A DNA stretch of 64,000 nt from Dicyema japonicum (GCA_011109175.1 RDEW01000042.1:192504-256503); one strand, 5' to 3'. Positions 25,206 to 37,797 are shown, counted from the first letter of the stretch. Program-made: numbers and translations. Notes: generated by a model from the sequence alone, not told the origin.

Positions 25206-26084
25206 GAATAAGTTGAATAATTTAATTTTTTTAAATTAAAAAATGGTTTCTATAAAAATGTTTTGTTTTTAAATTAACTTCATTAGTTTTAAGATGTTAT
25301 TCTATCCAAAAAATATTTTATAGGCCCCTAAACCACTATAGATTATGCTGTTCACGGCAACATGTCTGAGAAACTTTTGAAAATTCTATTTTTAAAATTT
25401 CTTTATTAGTCGAATCATAAATGACAAATACAGAAAAATTGGATTACATGAGCTTAATTCACCATGATACTAAGAAAAACTGAATATCATTTTATCCACA
25501 TGCAGCCTCCACTTCCTTTTGATAATAGAACATGGAACCAGCTAGCCAAATGGTTAATTAAAGGTTAAAATAATAAGGTACCATATTGTATAAAATTTCA
25601 CTTCATGATGGATGAAAGCCATTTTCTTTCTTTTTTACGTGGCCATAAAGACAGTTACAGAGACTCAAGAGACTGCGAAATGCGTGGTCACTAATGAGAG
25701 ACATAAATTTTGTTATCTTCAATAACTACCAGGACAAAGAAATTGGGGAACTAAAGTTGATTTAAAACAACTCAAGAAAAATCTCTTTACAGTTGAAGAG
25801 CTATCTCTGGGCACAAAAAATAATCAACTTACACGTGTCATTCGAACTTTAAAAAAACAAAATACTGGATTTGAATATAGATTTTAGAAAATGTTACAAA
25901 TAGGAGTTTTGCAGAAAAAATGAGTAACAAAGACTCAAAGTGGCTGAATCTCACGTTGGATTTTTTCTAAAGAACGGCTAAAAATATACGACTATAGATT
26001 TTGAAGATTCCGGGCTCAAACTTATTAAAGAGCTGAGATCGTTGAAATATATATTGACTGGGTTATAACATTCTACAAAGTTAG

Positions 26085-26370
26085 TTAAAGCCAATCCGCG
26101 CTACCAGTAAACACTGTTCATGGTTTCGCTTGTGCCATGTTTTTCGACTATCCTCTCCGTTAGTCTTCTCCATCCTTTCGTTGTCGTGCTCGTCTCCTGA
26201 TCTTGTCCAGATCATCCACATCCATCAGTCGGCCCCCAATCACTGCGTAATCCTCCGCAAATGTCCTGGGAAGACAACTTCTTAGACGTCCTCTGAATGT
26301 AGAAGATTAAGTATGGCCGAAAAATTATTCCATGGCGGCATTGTATGGTGTTCCACACTGTACATCTTCA
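26085..26370 (-). mobile_element. RTE-like LINE 3' end
   Basis: DDLDKIRRRARQRKGWRRLTERIV; clearly homologous to 48555-48820. Confidence 0.75.
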
Positions 26371-27544
26371 AAATAATTGAGAAAGTAGTCAAAAATTATT
26401 CGGATTCGATCAATATGAAAAACTTTTTCAAAATAAAGCCTAAAGTCTGCATAATAATTTGTTTATGAAAATCACGGCAAAAGTGAATACTTCCATAGAG
26501 ACTTCCTTACTTTATTGTGGTATATCTAAGAAACTTTCAAAAAGCCACACTCTCAAATCAAGGATTCTGAAAATATGTAGTAAAGTTTTTAAGAATACTT
26601 CAGAGATAAATGATATAGTTCAGGCAGTGGTTTGGTTGAGGATCAGTGTTAATTGTCCATTACACCTTCCTTGTGTTCTTAGGATTTCAAGATGATCGAC
26701 TATGACATCGTTTTTTCGAAATGTCTTTTGCTCATTTCCACGAGAAAATGAGAAACTTAATTATATTTATTAAAAGAACAGCTCTTGCATTAACATTCTC
26801 AGATTAGTATGCTGCGTATTAAATGGGATTTTCGAGTTCTTTAAAAACTGTTAGCTATGCCAGGTACCCGGAAACAAGACATCGAAGAAGAAGGTAAGGA
26901 ACCAGCTGGTGAAAAACAATGTGCATACCTTCTGATAATCACCATTCCAAGTAGTTAGCTGCTCTCGAGCATCCCCAGCATGCAGGACGAGATTGCACTT
27001 ATAATCTCTATTGGAATCGAATCAAAGTAAACACTGTATATCCAGTATATACAGAACATGCAGAATTTTCATTATCATAGTATTTATGGTTGTCACCCTC
27101 AGTATTCGGAACTTCAATAGAACCAATCAGAATAAAAATTAGTACCCTGGATAATTCAGATTTTTCTGAGTTGAAAAATGTAATTTTTAGTTAAAATCGT
27201 TATTTTAAAATCATAAAGTCCACTCAAATGAATAGAGTGCCATTTTTATGATAATTATATTTTTTAATTAACAAAAACTTTATTAATATTTAAAATTAAA
27301 AAAATTATTTCTGCAAATGGTTTTAAGGTCAGGTTGAACATAAGTTGCGCCTAGATATCGAATATCTAAAATGGATTTCTTTATGCGTTGCTTTCCAGAT
27401 AGTGTGAAACAGCGTATTTGGACACTTGCCCCATTGCTATTGATAGAACTGAAACAACTATAGTATTTTTGTCTATTAATCAGTAAAGTGAACATAATTT
27501 TGTATTTGATCGTTCATTTCAGTTATCTAAAAGATCTACAAATT

Positions 27545-28400
27545 TAACCCCGTGACGAATTTCCAAATGATGTGAAGAAATGTGTCTTATGTAGACCTTA
27601 AAGGCTATCTGAGAACGAGGCCTCCAATTACGGCAACCATTGCTGAATATCTGCGTGATAGATGATCTGATGGATCTGAGAAGATATTCCTGATTGAATA
27701 ACGGATATTCTTGGGTAATTGTTCTTCATTTTATATTTAGATTTTGGTCGATTCTTTTTCAAACTTCTTTTGGTGATAGATATGGCTAAACTAAAAACAG
27801 CTGAAGAAAATATCTCAGATTTTCCATCAATTTGTTTATATCCATGGATCACCTACTATACTTCAAACAGACAATGGTCTGGAGATCAAAAACTCTTTTC
27901 TCAGGGATACATATTTTCGAAAGACCTCGAGCACGTGGGTTCATGGTCAGGTTGAGAGTATCATTTATATAACAACGCATAGGTTAAATCAATCTCTAAT
28001 AAGTGGGGTTATCGTTTCAGCTATGAAGGAACTGTTGGAAAATATAAGTATAGACTTTGTGATATGCATTCATTACAATATTACAAAATCATGATTCGTT
28101 CAACATATTTATGGGAGCTGATTACCCGCACTAATTTCGGATGAAATGATTTACTGCAGTATGAAGAAATTTGTCGTTGTCAAGGACTCTGATCGAAGAT
28201 ATACTTTGTTTGCTCAGAATAAAACTGCGTAAGAAAAGAAGCATGAAAATGATGAGGAATCATTGAATGTAGGAGATAGAGTTATTATACGGATGGATTG
28301 TGATTTCAATCAATCAACAAAAAGATGTTTTATATGGCACTTGGACACTACAATTTATCAAGTAGTGGATATATGCTGCATGTAGATGGTGGTAACTTGT
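27545..28400 (+). mobile_element. Decayed Ginger/KRBA2-SCAND3-like integrase-type DNA transposase
   Basis: Frameshifted remnants C..C, DLMDLRRYS..NGYSW, ILVDSFS, KTAEE, HGSPTILQTDNGLEIKN and HGQVE (rve DDE core). Confidence 0.7.
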
Positions 28401-29428
28401 CAAAGCAGAATGAAAGATTGATTTTAATGTCTATTCTAGAATGTTTATCTTTTTTGGCTTAATATGGAGATTAGATTTAGTTGTTGATTAAGAATGAAAG
28501 TAGGTATTGATTATGGTTGAGACTACACTTAGGTATGTTTAGGAAACGGATTAGAGATTGACAAGTTAAGGGATGGGTTATGGTCAAGGTTAGGGATTAA
28601 AGTTAGGGTTAGAGATATAGATTAACTATTGATTGGTAGCCAACTAATATAATCATTTCCTCCTTTCGATAAGTTATCCATAAGCTTTCAGCAAGATCAA
28701 TGGTCTACTTTCCAATAAATCCTGATGTATCGACGCCGACTGGTTTAAAAATGAACTGTCCACCAAGACAGGACAATAATATTATTCCAAATAAGTATTA
28801 TTTATAGTTTAATAGAAATAAATATTATTTAATTCCTACAGGTACGTTGAAGTCCGTGGAAAAAACTGAGATGGCCAGAAGAAGAGATAAAAAAGCTTCT
28901 AGACAGGTTCACGTTCCGAATTGTCGTGGTTGAAATAACTGGATGAATTGCGAGAAATTGTTTCACTTTCCAAGAAGTATGGACGTCTGGTTACAATCAA
29001 AAGTCATGAAGTACGTGAGGCACAGAGGCTTCTGCAGTTTGTCTCCGTCGTCGTAAGAGACGTCAATTAATCGACGGAGAGCATCTAACTATTTATTAAA
29101 AGTTATAATAAAAAGTTGTTTTCTCAAATTAATACAATTGAATTGACGCCTGCTTTGTACACAAAACAAGATGTTTTCTGATTTTTTTACAGGCAATTAA
29201 AATAAATAATTTACAATAAAGCAGTTAAGGACTAGTATAAATTAGTGGGTCAATAATTCTTTTGATGTGACAGTCCACATAGTGGTTGAATTGATATGAA
29301 TTTGCATAATTACCGGTAATTAAATATTTTTGTTTATTAATAAGAAAAGTATAGCTTACGGTATGCAAATCAGGTACCCTGGAAGAGCTGGTACGCTTAC
29401 CACTTTTCAATAAGCCATAAATCTTTAA

Positions 29429-32400
29429 TCTTTTTTGGTTGAGGTGGTGACGTCCCTCTATAGCACATATGTCTAATACGTATTTGAATAATCCTTTCTG
29501 GTTTTCTACCCTTACCTTCAATGCCAGGGGCCTTAATGACTGGTCGAAGAGGCACCAACTATGTCTGGACCTTGCAAAATATGGATGCTCTGTTTGCTGT
29601 CTCCAAGAGACGAAGCTCAGAAAAGGACTCGATGAAAACCTTGGAGACTACAGACTAATCCTCCTTCCATCGTACTGTAAACACTATGGACAGGGTTTCG
29701 CTGTTCACAAGAATTTGCTCCCCAGATTACATCGATATTGGAAAATTGATGACAGGATATGTGTTATTCAATTTCTTATTGGACCCAAAGGGAAGTCCAG
29801 GCAACTAATTTCCATTGTGAACGTGTACGCCCCACATAGTGGCCGTGTTTCCAAAAACCCAGAGGAATTGGACGTTTTCTACGAAGAACTTGTCGAGGTC
29901 GTATCTTCTCTGAAGTTTTCATCGTTCCTCTTTATCGCTGGTGATTGGAATGCTAAAGCTGGGGTACATCAAGGACACGAACGTTTTATTGGACCACATG
30001 GAAGGGGGATCAGGAACTATTCTGGTACTGCTCTGGCATATTTCTGCGAATCCTTTGATTTATTCCTGTGCAATACTCAATTCCAACATTCCGCACGCCA
30101 CAAGACAACGTGGATGGGCACTAGACTATCGACCACCGGAAATCTGATAAGGATTTATAATCAGATCGATTATATTCTGTGTCGAGTAAAAGACAAATCT
30201 CTCTTACGGGACTCGAGATCTTATGGAGGACTAACTGTTAACAGTGATCACAAAATTGTGTCAGCAAGATTCAGCTTAAGACTTGGTCCAACTGCGGAGG
30301 AGTTCCTCTACGGGATAACTAATAGAAGATGCTTCTTCCAAACACATCGTGGTGGAGATTCCACGCGATCAAGAAGGTATATGACTGAACTCTTGGGCTC
30401 TTCACCAAAAGTACAAGCAGACTATAAAGAATGTGTATCGGATTCAATTAATAATACGGCATCGGATCTTTCACCAGGAAAGGCATGGCTCGAAACTAGG
30501 AGAGGGATCATTTCCGCTGCTGACAAACATTTGGGGGAACTTAAACCCCATAGCAGTCAGCGTCACCCGGAAGTGTCAGCCCTATTGAATTTGCAGAAGA
30601 ACTTAAGGCTTAGATCCGAAAATACTGTCGATCCTCAGACTGTTTGCAAACTGAAACAAGAACGAAGGCAAATTGAGAGAAAAATCAAACTCCTAAACAG
30701 ACTACATCACACTAGTCAGTTGGAAAGCAAGATCAGAGAGGTAGAAAACCTTAAAGACAATGCTGCGACATTCATGGCTATACGACTAATACGGAGGAAG
30801 AGCCAATCAGTGAAACTTATTTTGCATGACAGAAATGGAAAAACAATAGGAAATGTTGCAGAACAGACAGAGTTCATAGCATCGCATATTGAACAACTGT
30901 TCTTTGTAAAAGGAGAAAAATCAGATTTCACGCCTAAGAACACAACACTTGAACGGATCATTTCACCGGAGGAGGTTTGCATGGCGATAAGGAAACTTAA
31001 ATCTGGGCGCTCTCCAGGACCAGATAATATACCATCTGAATTGCTAAAATTTGGCCCTCCAGAACTTGCAGATAAACTCTCAAAATTGCTGAATGACATG
31101 ATAGAAAACAAGGACTTTTCAGAAATTGGAAAGGGGATACTAGTACCAGTTCAAAAAGGTAATAAACCCCCTGGGCCAGTTGAAAACCTGCGCCCTGTCA
31201 TCCTTCTAAACACCTTAAGGAAGATCCTTGCCCTAATTACTCTTAATCGGATCCAAGAGCCGGTGGACGGGTACTTGGCCCAGAGCCAGAGTGGTTTTAG
31301 GACAGGGAGATCAACGGCTGATGTAGTATGGTGCCATAGATGGCAATGTGCTATTCAACAAAGATTCCGGAGCTCAAAGACTATCCTTGGAATTGATCTG
31401 ACCAGAGCTTTCGACACTGTCCGTCGGGGAAAACTCATTGAAGTGCTTGAAAGTTTCCTGGATAAGGACTCGGTTATTCTGATACGGATACTCTTATCAA
31501 ACACGAGGTTACGAGTGCGTATTGGAAAATGTTTGTCACGGGAAATTATTTCAACAGTGGGCACACCCCAAGGAGATTCCCTTTCCCCAGTATTGTTTGC
31601 TATATACCTTGAATCGGCTCTGCAAGACCTCCGGAAGTATTACAACAATGATATTATGGAGATCGTGTATGCCGATGATGTTGACTTTATCTCGACTGAC
31701 AAAGAAGCACTCTTACGTCTCTTGGAGGTTGCATCAGGCTGTTTGGCCAAATGGTGTCTATCACTGAATGTTCAGAAAACGGATATTGTTGAAATTAAGC
31801 GGATGGAACTACGCAATAGTGAATGTTGGAGGAAGACCGTAAAGCTTGGCTCTCTTCTCGGAGACTCCGAAGACATTGCAAGAAGAAAATTGTTATCTAC
31901 GGTTACTATGCAAAAACTTATGAAATGTTGGATAAGAAAATGCTCGGTCGGGCCATCACTCCGACTCAGGTTGTATGAGGCGTTCGTGAGGCCCATACTA
32001 ACATACAACTCTGGGACGTGGGGAATTTCGAAAACGGACGAACAAAACCTTGACTTCTTTCACAGAAGGCAACTTCGGTCTCTCTTAGGACTAAAGTGGC
32101 CAATGCGTGTAGGGAGTGAAAATTTATATAGAAGATGCGGTTCCGGACCTCTGAGCACCGTGATCATGAAGGCTCGCTGGAGATTGTTTGGCCATATTCT
32201 CAGATTGGAACAAGACACGCCAGCAAACGTCGTCATGGAAGAATACTTCGATACGTCAGGAGAGAAGTTCAGTGGTCGTCCAAGAATAACTCTTCCGGAA
32301 GTCCTTAATGGTGACCTGAGATCAGTAACCAGACTACTAAAGGACGGTGAAGACCTTAGTAGTCTGCGGCACTTGGCATCGGACAGGAGGGGATGGGAAA

Positions 32401-32480
32401 GGCTAATTAAGAGGATTGTTCAGACGCGGCACGAATAGAATTATAGTTTATATGATTCTATGTAGTTGCTTATAATAATA
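29429..32480 (+). mobile_element. Intact RTE-clade LINE with 12-bp TSD
   Basis: TSD ATAAATCTTTAA at 29417-29428 and 32481-32492, a (TAA)n tail and one uninterrupted ORF. Confidence 0.93.
29469..32438 (+). CDS. RTE LINE polyprotein: AP endonuclease plus reverse transcriptase (989 aa)
   Basis: TFNARGL, LQETK, GDWNA, NQIDYI and SDH (endonuclease); QSGFR, DLTRAFD, GTPQGDSLSP and YADD (RT); RWRLFGHILR (RTE C-terminal motif). Confidence 0.96.
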   Translation: MSNTYLNNPFWFSTLTFNARGLNDWSKRHQLCLDLAKYGCSVCCLQETKLRKGLDENLGDYRLILLPSYCKHYGQGFAVHKNLLPRLHRYWKIDDRICVIQFLIGPKGKSRQLISIVNVYAPHSGRVSKNPEELDVFYEELVEVVSSLKFSSFLFIAGDWNAKAGVHQGHERFIGPHGRGIRNYSGTALAYFCESFDLFLCNTQFQHSARHKTTWMGTRLSTTGNLIRIYNQIDYILCRVKDKSLLRDSRSYGGLTVNSDHKIVSARFSLRLGPTAEEFLYGITNRRCFFQTHRGGDSTRSRRYMTELLGSSPKVQADYKECVSDSINNTASDLSPGKAWLETRRGIISAADKHLGELKPHSSQRHPEVSALLNLQKNLRLRSENTVDPQTVCKLKQERRQIERKIKLLNRLHHTSQLESKIREVENLKDNAATFMAIRLIRRKSQSVKLILHDRNGKTIGNVAEQTEFIASHIEQLFFVKGEKSDFTPKNTTLERIISPEEVCMAIRKLKSGRSPGPDNIPSELLKFGPPELADKLSKLLNDMIENKDFSEIGKGILVPVQKGNKPPGPVENLRPVILLNTLRKILALITLNRIQEPVDGYLAQSQSGFRTGRSTADVVWCHRWQCAIQQRFRSSKTILGIDLTRAFDTVRRGKLIEVLESFLDKDSVILIRILLSNTRLRVRIGKCLSREIISTVGTPQGDSLSPVLFAIYLESALQDLRKYYNNDIMEIVYADDVDFISTDKEALLRLLEVASGCLAKWCLSLNVQKTDIVEIKRMELRNSECWRKTVKLGSLLGDSEDIARRKLLSTVTMQKLMKCWIRKCSVGPSLRLRLYEAFVRPILTYNSGTWGISKTDEQNLDFFHRRQLRSLLGLKWPMRVGSENLYRRCGSGPLSTVIMKARWRLFGHILRLEQDTPANVVMEEYFDTSGEKFSGRPRITLPEVLNGDLRSVTRLLKDGEDLSSLRHLASDRRGWERLIKRIVQTRHE

Positions 32481-32639
32481 ATAAATCTTTAAGTGTCGTA
32501 CTCAGATACTCCAGTTCACAGATTTCTTCCCATTTCCGCTATTTGAAGGGAGACTGGCAGATTAACATGACACTCTAAAGTCAATTGTGGAAACTCTTTT
32601 AATAGAGTTACGAGGAGCACATGATATTATTTCAGATCA

Positions 32640-33240
32640 TCCTATGACTGAGATTCCTACCTTGAATGTCGGCTCTTTAAGGCAAATTTGTTAATTTCAC
32701 GATGATTGACGATGTCGAAACCTATATCTTGAAGAATGTTGGCGAATTTTGCACATGTGTATGTCAAATGATACCCCAAGATTTGAAGTTATCGCATTGG
32801 TGAGTATCACAGATTAATAGAATTGATGATGGAGAATAGGTCTAGCAAACTGTGTAGCAATCTCAACTGCAGTTTTGTGAGCTCTCATCCTCGCTATTTT
32901 CACAATCTATTAAAATGTATTTTTAAATCACTAACTTTTGATTTTCGGAAATACAATTACGTTTTGGTCTCCCCGTTCGTGATGTAGACGAATCTTCATT
33001 TTGCGGAATTTTTACCTTCCAAAAGAATTCTGAACAGGGGATCCTAACTTGCAGATCTTTACCACACGGCATTCTTTCAAGGAACTAGCTGAAACGAGGA
33101 TATCTATGCGCTTCATGAGGGATTCATCAATGAACAAAAAATTTGAGTCATTTATCTGTTGATTGGAGTGTTAATGATTATTTAACTCTGACAAAATGCG
33201 AAGTAGTTCTTGTCTGGCTAAATATAGCGAAACTCGAAAA
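32640..33240 (-). mobile_element. Probable decayed Tc1-like transposase (N-terminal DNA-binding region)
   Basis: SRTGRPKR..ENQKL|IVKIARMRAHKTAVEIA after removing 32907-32931 resembles the Tc1 GRPR motif plus second HTH. Confidence 0.5.
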
Positions 33241-33284
33241 TCCATTAGATTTTACACATCAACCAAATACGTATGTATTCAAAT

Positions 33285-33368
33285 ATTTGAATTTAAATTT
33301 AATGTAGATGGATAAATAAATAAAAAATTTGAATTTAAATTTAATGTAGATGGATAAATAAATAAAAA
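33285..33368. repeat. Perfect 42-bp tandem duplication
   Basis: atttgaatttaaatttaatgtagatggataaataaataaaaa x2. Confidence 0.92.
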
Positions 33369-33373
33369 AAAGC

Positions 33374-36310
33374 ATGCAACGTGCTTTCGATTCGGTGGCG
33401 TTAAAACTCTCTCGAGTTTGTATAAATGTTGAAAGGAAAAAAGGAGAAGGGTCACTTGCGTTACCTGATGATATGAATATAATTCTTTCCATATCCGAGA
33501 GCGTTGTGGCAGCTGACCCAAAAGAATGGTCGAGGCAGGTAGTCCTGCTGGTACGTAGCAGGCTATCTCGAATACCCTGGAATGGTTAGCCATACTTGGC
33601 GGAGCTCTGCAGTGGCAGATTCAGTACTGCTACATCTGTGAGTGAACTCAAGAATATGGCTGTAAGCAAAGAGGGTACTGGTCTAAAGGGGCGAGGACCA
33701 GATGACCACAACTGTCAAAGAGAGCACGAGCACCAGAGCTGTGATACGTTGCAGCTCAAGCATGTTTATGAGGTCTTTGCGCGGAATCTCGCTGCAGCGG
33801 CAGATGTCCCACTTGAGGACCGTAGATTTACCCGCAAGATTCCTCATTGTAAGGTTAACGGTGTAGTGTTAACCTGCATCAATAAGGCTGTGGCTTATGC
33901 GGTGGAGGCTAAGCCAGTAGGGTCATTGGGTGACATCTCCCTAGTGCTGTATGCAGCACAGATCACCTATGAGGAATTGACGGACAAGCCCAGACCACCC
34001 AGTAAATGGAGGGAGCAGATCTGTGCCAAGATTGCTTGGAGACAGACTGAGCTGGAAGCACTGGAGGGGCACATAAGTAGTGTGGCGAGAGGGGTTAGAG
34101 GAAAAGCACCGGCTATAGTAAAGGGGCTAATTAGTAAACTCCGTGTTCCCAAATGGGACCTCAAAGAGTTGAGGAGGGCAAAGGTGGAGTTAGAGGGGGC
34201 AATAATGGTGTATAAGAGGAAACTCTATACACATGAAAGTCGGTGTAAGAGAAGGAGAGAAAATAATCTGTTTGAGTTTAATCGCAGATTGTTTTACCGT
34301 CGCCTACACGAAAATGGCCATAGTGTATGTTCCCAGCAGGACGCGGAAATGCTTTCCACATGGGGTAGTATGTGGGAGGCTAAACCACGCAGAGGAAATG
34401 CGTGGAATGTCCCGTACAGCGCCGCTCCTTTCTTGGCGGAATTTTCGAATTTTCGCAAGAAATTTGAGGCGGTAGTGAGACATCTCCCTGATTGGAAAAC
34501 GACCGGGGTCGATAAAGTGTATAATTTCTTTATCAAAAGATGCACTTCATTACACGAGTCTATGTGTCGTGTATTACAGAAAAGCATCACTAACCCGGAA
34601 ACGATTCCTGATTGGGCATGCACAGGGACAACTTATTTGATCCCAAAGCTGGACAACCCCCAGTCTGCTGCAGATTATCGACCGATAACCTGCATGCCAA
34701 CCCTGTATAAGCTGATGACCAAATTGTGGCTAATGAGGTCAGGAGCTTTGTAGACGCAAATGGGATTCTCTCCGAGAATCAGTTGGGAACAGTGCGAAAT
34801 TGTCAGGGGGCAAAAGAGCAGGCTTTGATCAACAAATGCCTTTCTGTGTCTCACGGAAACTCACTTTTGTCTATGTGGGTGGATGTGAAGAAGGCTTACA
34901 ATTCAGTTGATCATTCTTACCTTGTCGAGTGCCTACACAGTCTGTGTATGCCTGTGTGGTTCATCAGCTTTGTAGTTGCTGTGATGAATAGGTGGAGTAT
35001 TCATCTGAAATATAATAGGCACCGGATAGGCGAGGTAAAACTTAAGAGGGGATTTTTCAGGGGATAGCATGTCTCCGCTCTATTTGTTCTCTATTTGAGA
35101 GTTATTGAGTCGCCGCTCAATGACCGTTGAGCAATACAGTTCATTGTGAGGGGGTTTGTTTCAAATCACCTTCTTTTTATCGATGACTAAAGATGCATGC
35201 TCGAACAGCAGAGAGAGCTCTAGTCCATGGGGTTTGCCAGGGAATTCTTTGAGAGTATAGGACTAGAATTGAATTATTCAAAGTCTGCGACTAACACGCA
35301 AGTATGTAGCGAGCTAGTAAGATTCCTAGAGGAATACAATGGATATAAGTATCTGGGTGTCACCGAAACTACAAAATCCTTATAACCTGAGACAAATCGA
35401 CAAATTACTGAAAGCATTCGTAAAAGATCAGCGTTATTATGTAAGACGTCTCTAAATGTGAGGAATTTGTTCCTTATATTAAATGAGTATGTTGTATCGC
35501 TGCTAAACTACTACATAGGTGTTGTGAGTTTGAGCCAAAGAGTAATGATGAGATGGATGATCCGTGGAGTATTCAAAGAGAATTATGTCCATGTGCTGGC
35601 AGCCAATAAGAAGAGACTATATTTACATGTGATAAATTCGGCCGTGGACTGTGTGGAGTAGTCCAACTGAGTGAGCGTATCTTAATGCGAATGCACGACA
35701 CCCTGATAGCTCGTCAAGTGCGTCTGCTAGGAAACCAGCCATAATAACGACCGAGAAAACACGGGCAACCCATCTAGGCACTATCAGACCTTTTTTGTCT
35801 GCTAAGTATGGTGTTGATGATGGTGGGCTAGTAAATGTGAAGGCGTTGATCGAACTACAATATAATAATTTAATGAAAAGATCAACTTAAAAGCCTTCAA
35901 AGGTCCTTTTTAGAGCATTGGACAACCCACATGTAGACCTTAAGTCGTCGACAATATGGTAAAATACGGTGACAACTCACCTCGGAAGTCAAAGAGCATG
36001 TCGGTTAATCATTTAGCCACTCTGTGCGGATCCATGCTCAGCCAAAACTACGTGTAAAGGCATAACGAGGTAGTAAGGAGTCTTCATCTTCTATAAAATA
36101 TGTATGGTATTCGTCACACCAGAAAATTGCAGACACACAAGGTGCAATCTGTAGTAGAGAACAGCAGGGTCCAAATTAAGGTAGACACTGTTATCCGTAC
36201 CTCGGTGCTAGTCAAGCACAATAAAGCAAACATTGTGGTACATGATAAGGAGTCTGGCCAAGTCCTTATCATAGAGGTTGTCATTGCGTCTTCAATCGAT
36301 CAATGAAATA
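33374..36310 (+). mobile_element. R4/Dong-like RLE-type non-LTR retrotransposon, frameshifted and 3'-truncated
   Basis: LPDWKTTGVDKVYNFFIK, DYRPITCMPTLYK, ENQLGTVRNCQGAKEQ, WVDVKKAYNSVDH, QGDS.SP, NHLLFIDD, YKYLG, HNEVV, NK.NIVVHDK..IIEV. More GC-rich than its flanks. Confidence 0.88.
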
Positions 36311-36766
36311 GCAATTGTCCACCTAAATGATTACTGTCTTATTATTTCGTATAAAAGAATAATGGTAACAACGAGCATACAAATATACACTCAGATTTGG
36401 AGTTTATTAAATAGATATGAGGAATATTGTACATTTTGTATAGACAGTCTCGATAGTTAAGCATTATTGGGTATAAAGAAGGCTTAATTGACTCAAATGC
36501 ATTATTTCTGAATGTGCGTTATGTGAATGGAAATAATCGACAAATATTCAAAATATGTTAGGCGGAGTCTATTTTTAGAATTTTCTATTGTTTTATGTAT
36601 ATTTTCACTGAATGTCTAGTTATAATCTTAGAGTTAGGGAGAAAGTAGTGAAGCAATAAATAACTATGAAATGTGGAAAATTAAATGATCAAAGAAAATA
36701 GAAAAAATTAAAGTTTATTAATGCTACTAATTAAACTTTTTCCGCTATCTTTCCTCTTTCTGCTTT

Positions 36767-37797
36767 TCATGTGTTCAAATAAGCAGATTTTTCGTTTTCG
36801 TATTTTACTAATTCTATATTATTAATCAATAATACAATATGAGGAAGAGTGTTGTAAGCAATACGACCAAACTGATACCCGTAATTATCCATACAATTAA
36901 TGTTTGATAACTACCAATCTTTACTCCATTTTGAGTGGTTTGCGAGTCATTCGAGGCATTCAAAGCCAACTTCTCTGACTTACACAAACTGCGTCTTTTT
37001 AAATCTTCCCCAATCATATGATTGTCTATGTTTAATGAGGGTTGACAAGCTGAAATAGATTTCGATAGATTTTTTGTTAAGTTTTGTATTGACATCGATA
37101 GATCCACTGTAGTTGTTTGTCTTGTTGAAAGTGATTCAGTTGAGTTTGAAGGTTCTATATTATCTGTAGATGTTTCAAGAGAAGAAGTTGACTTAGTAAT
37201 TTTTGTATCAAGAATTGTAGAAATTTTATTTGAATTAGCTTTCTCTGACATAGTTTCCGTTGTTAATGTATAAATATTCGATGAGTATGTTGATTTTTTA
37301 AACCTAACTGGACTACGTAGAGCTGGAGGTTTAGGTGGCAATCCTATAAATTCAAAAGTGAAATAACTGTATTGGCAGATAAATCCATGTGTAAAAGTGA
37401 TTCGATCACAACTACATAAAGATATTTTCCATTTCGATTTAATTTCTTCAATACAACGGCAAAAATTTAATCTGTTCCTGTTGTGACGCACTTTATTGTT
37501 TATATAATACTTTTTTGTATTTGAATTTAATTTTGTTAATAAGTCCGTGATGGAAAAAAAAACATTTTCATTGTTTACTATTGCCTGAAAATAAGATCGA
37601 AAATTACAAGCAATCCTCCATGACTTAGGCATGAGTGAAATGATCCATAATAATTATAAGTACTTTCTTTCACAGAATAGCATTTTCCATCAATTTCCAA
37701 ATCTCCTGAAGGGTTACTGAAGTAGTTAGGACATTGACAAGAAACTATAATAAAAACTAAAACAACCAGCAATAATTAATGCTTGAAAAGCAATCAT
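36767..37797 (-). CDS. Type I membrane protein: signal peptide, C-type lectin-like domain, Ser/Thr stalk, transmembrane segment
   Basis: MIAFQALIIA|VSCQCP..GKCY..SCLSHGGLL|AIVNN..W..C..FICQY, S/T-rich stalk, TM LIVWIITGISLVVLLTTLFLI, basic tail. GT-AG introns at 37745-37766, 37585-37607 and a 22-nt intron near 36814-36835. Confidence 0.8.

Noticed and set aside
28540-28620. Telomeric TTAGGG array
   Set aside because: Only two exact units in a short degenerate tract next to a transposase remnant; more likely a subterminal repeat.
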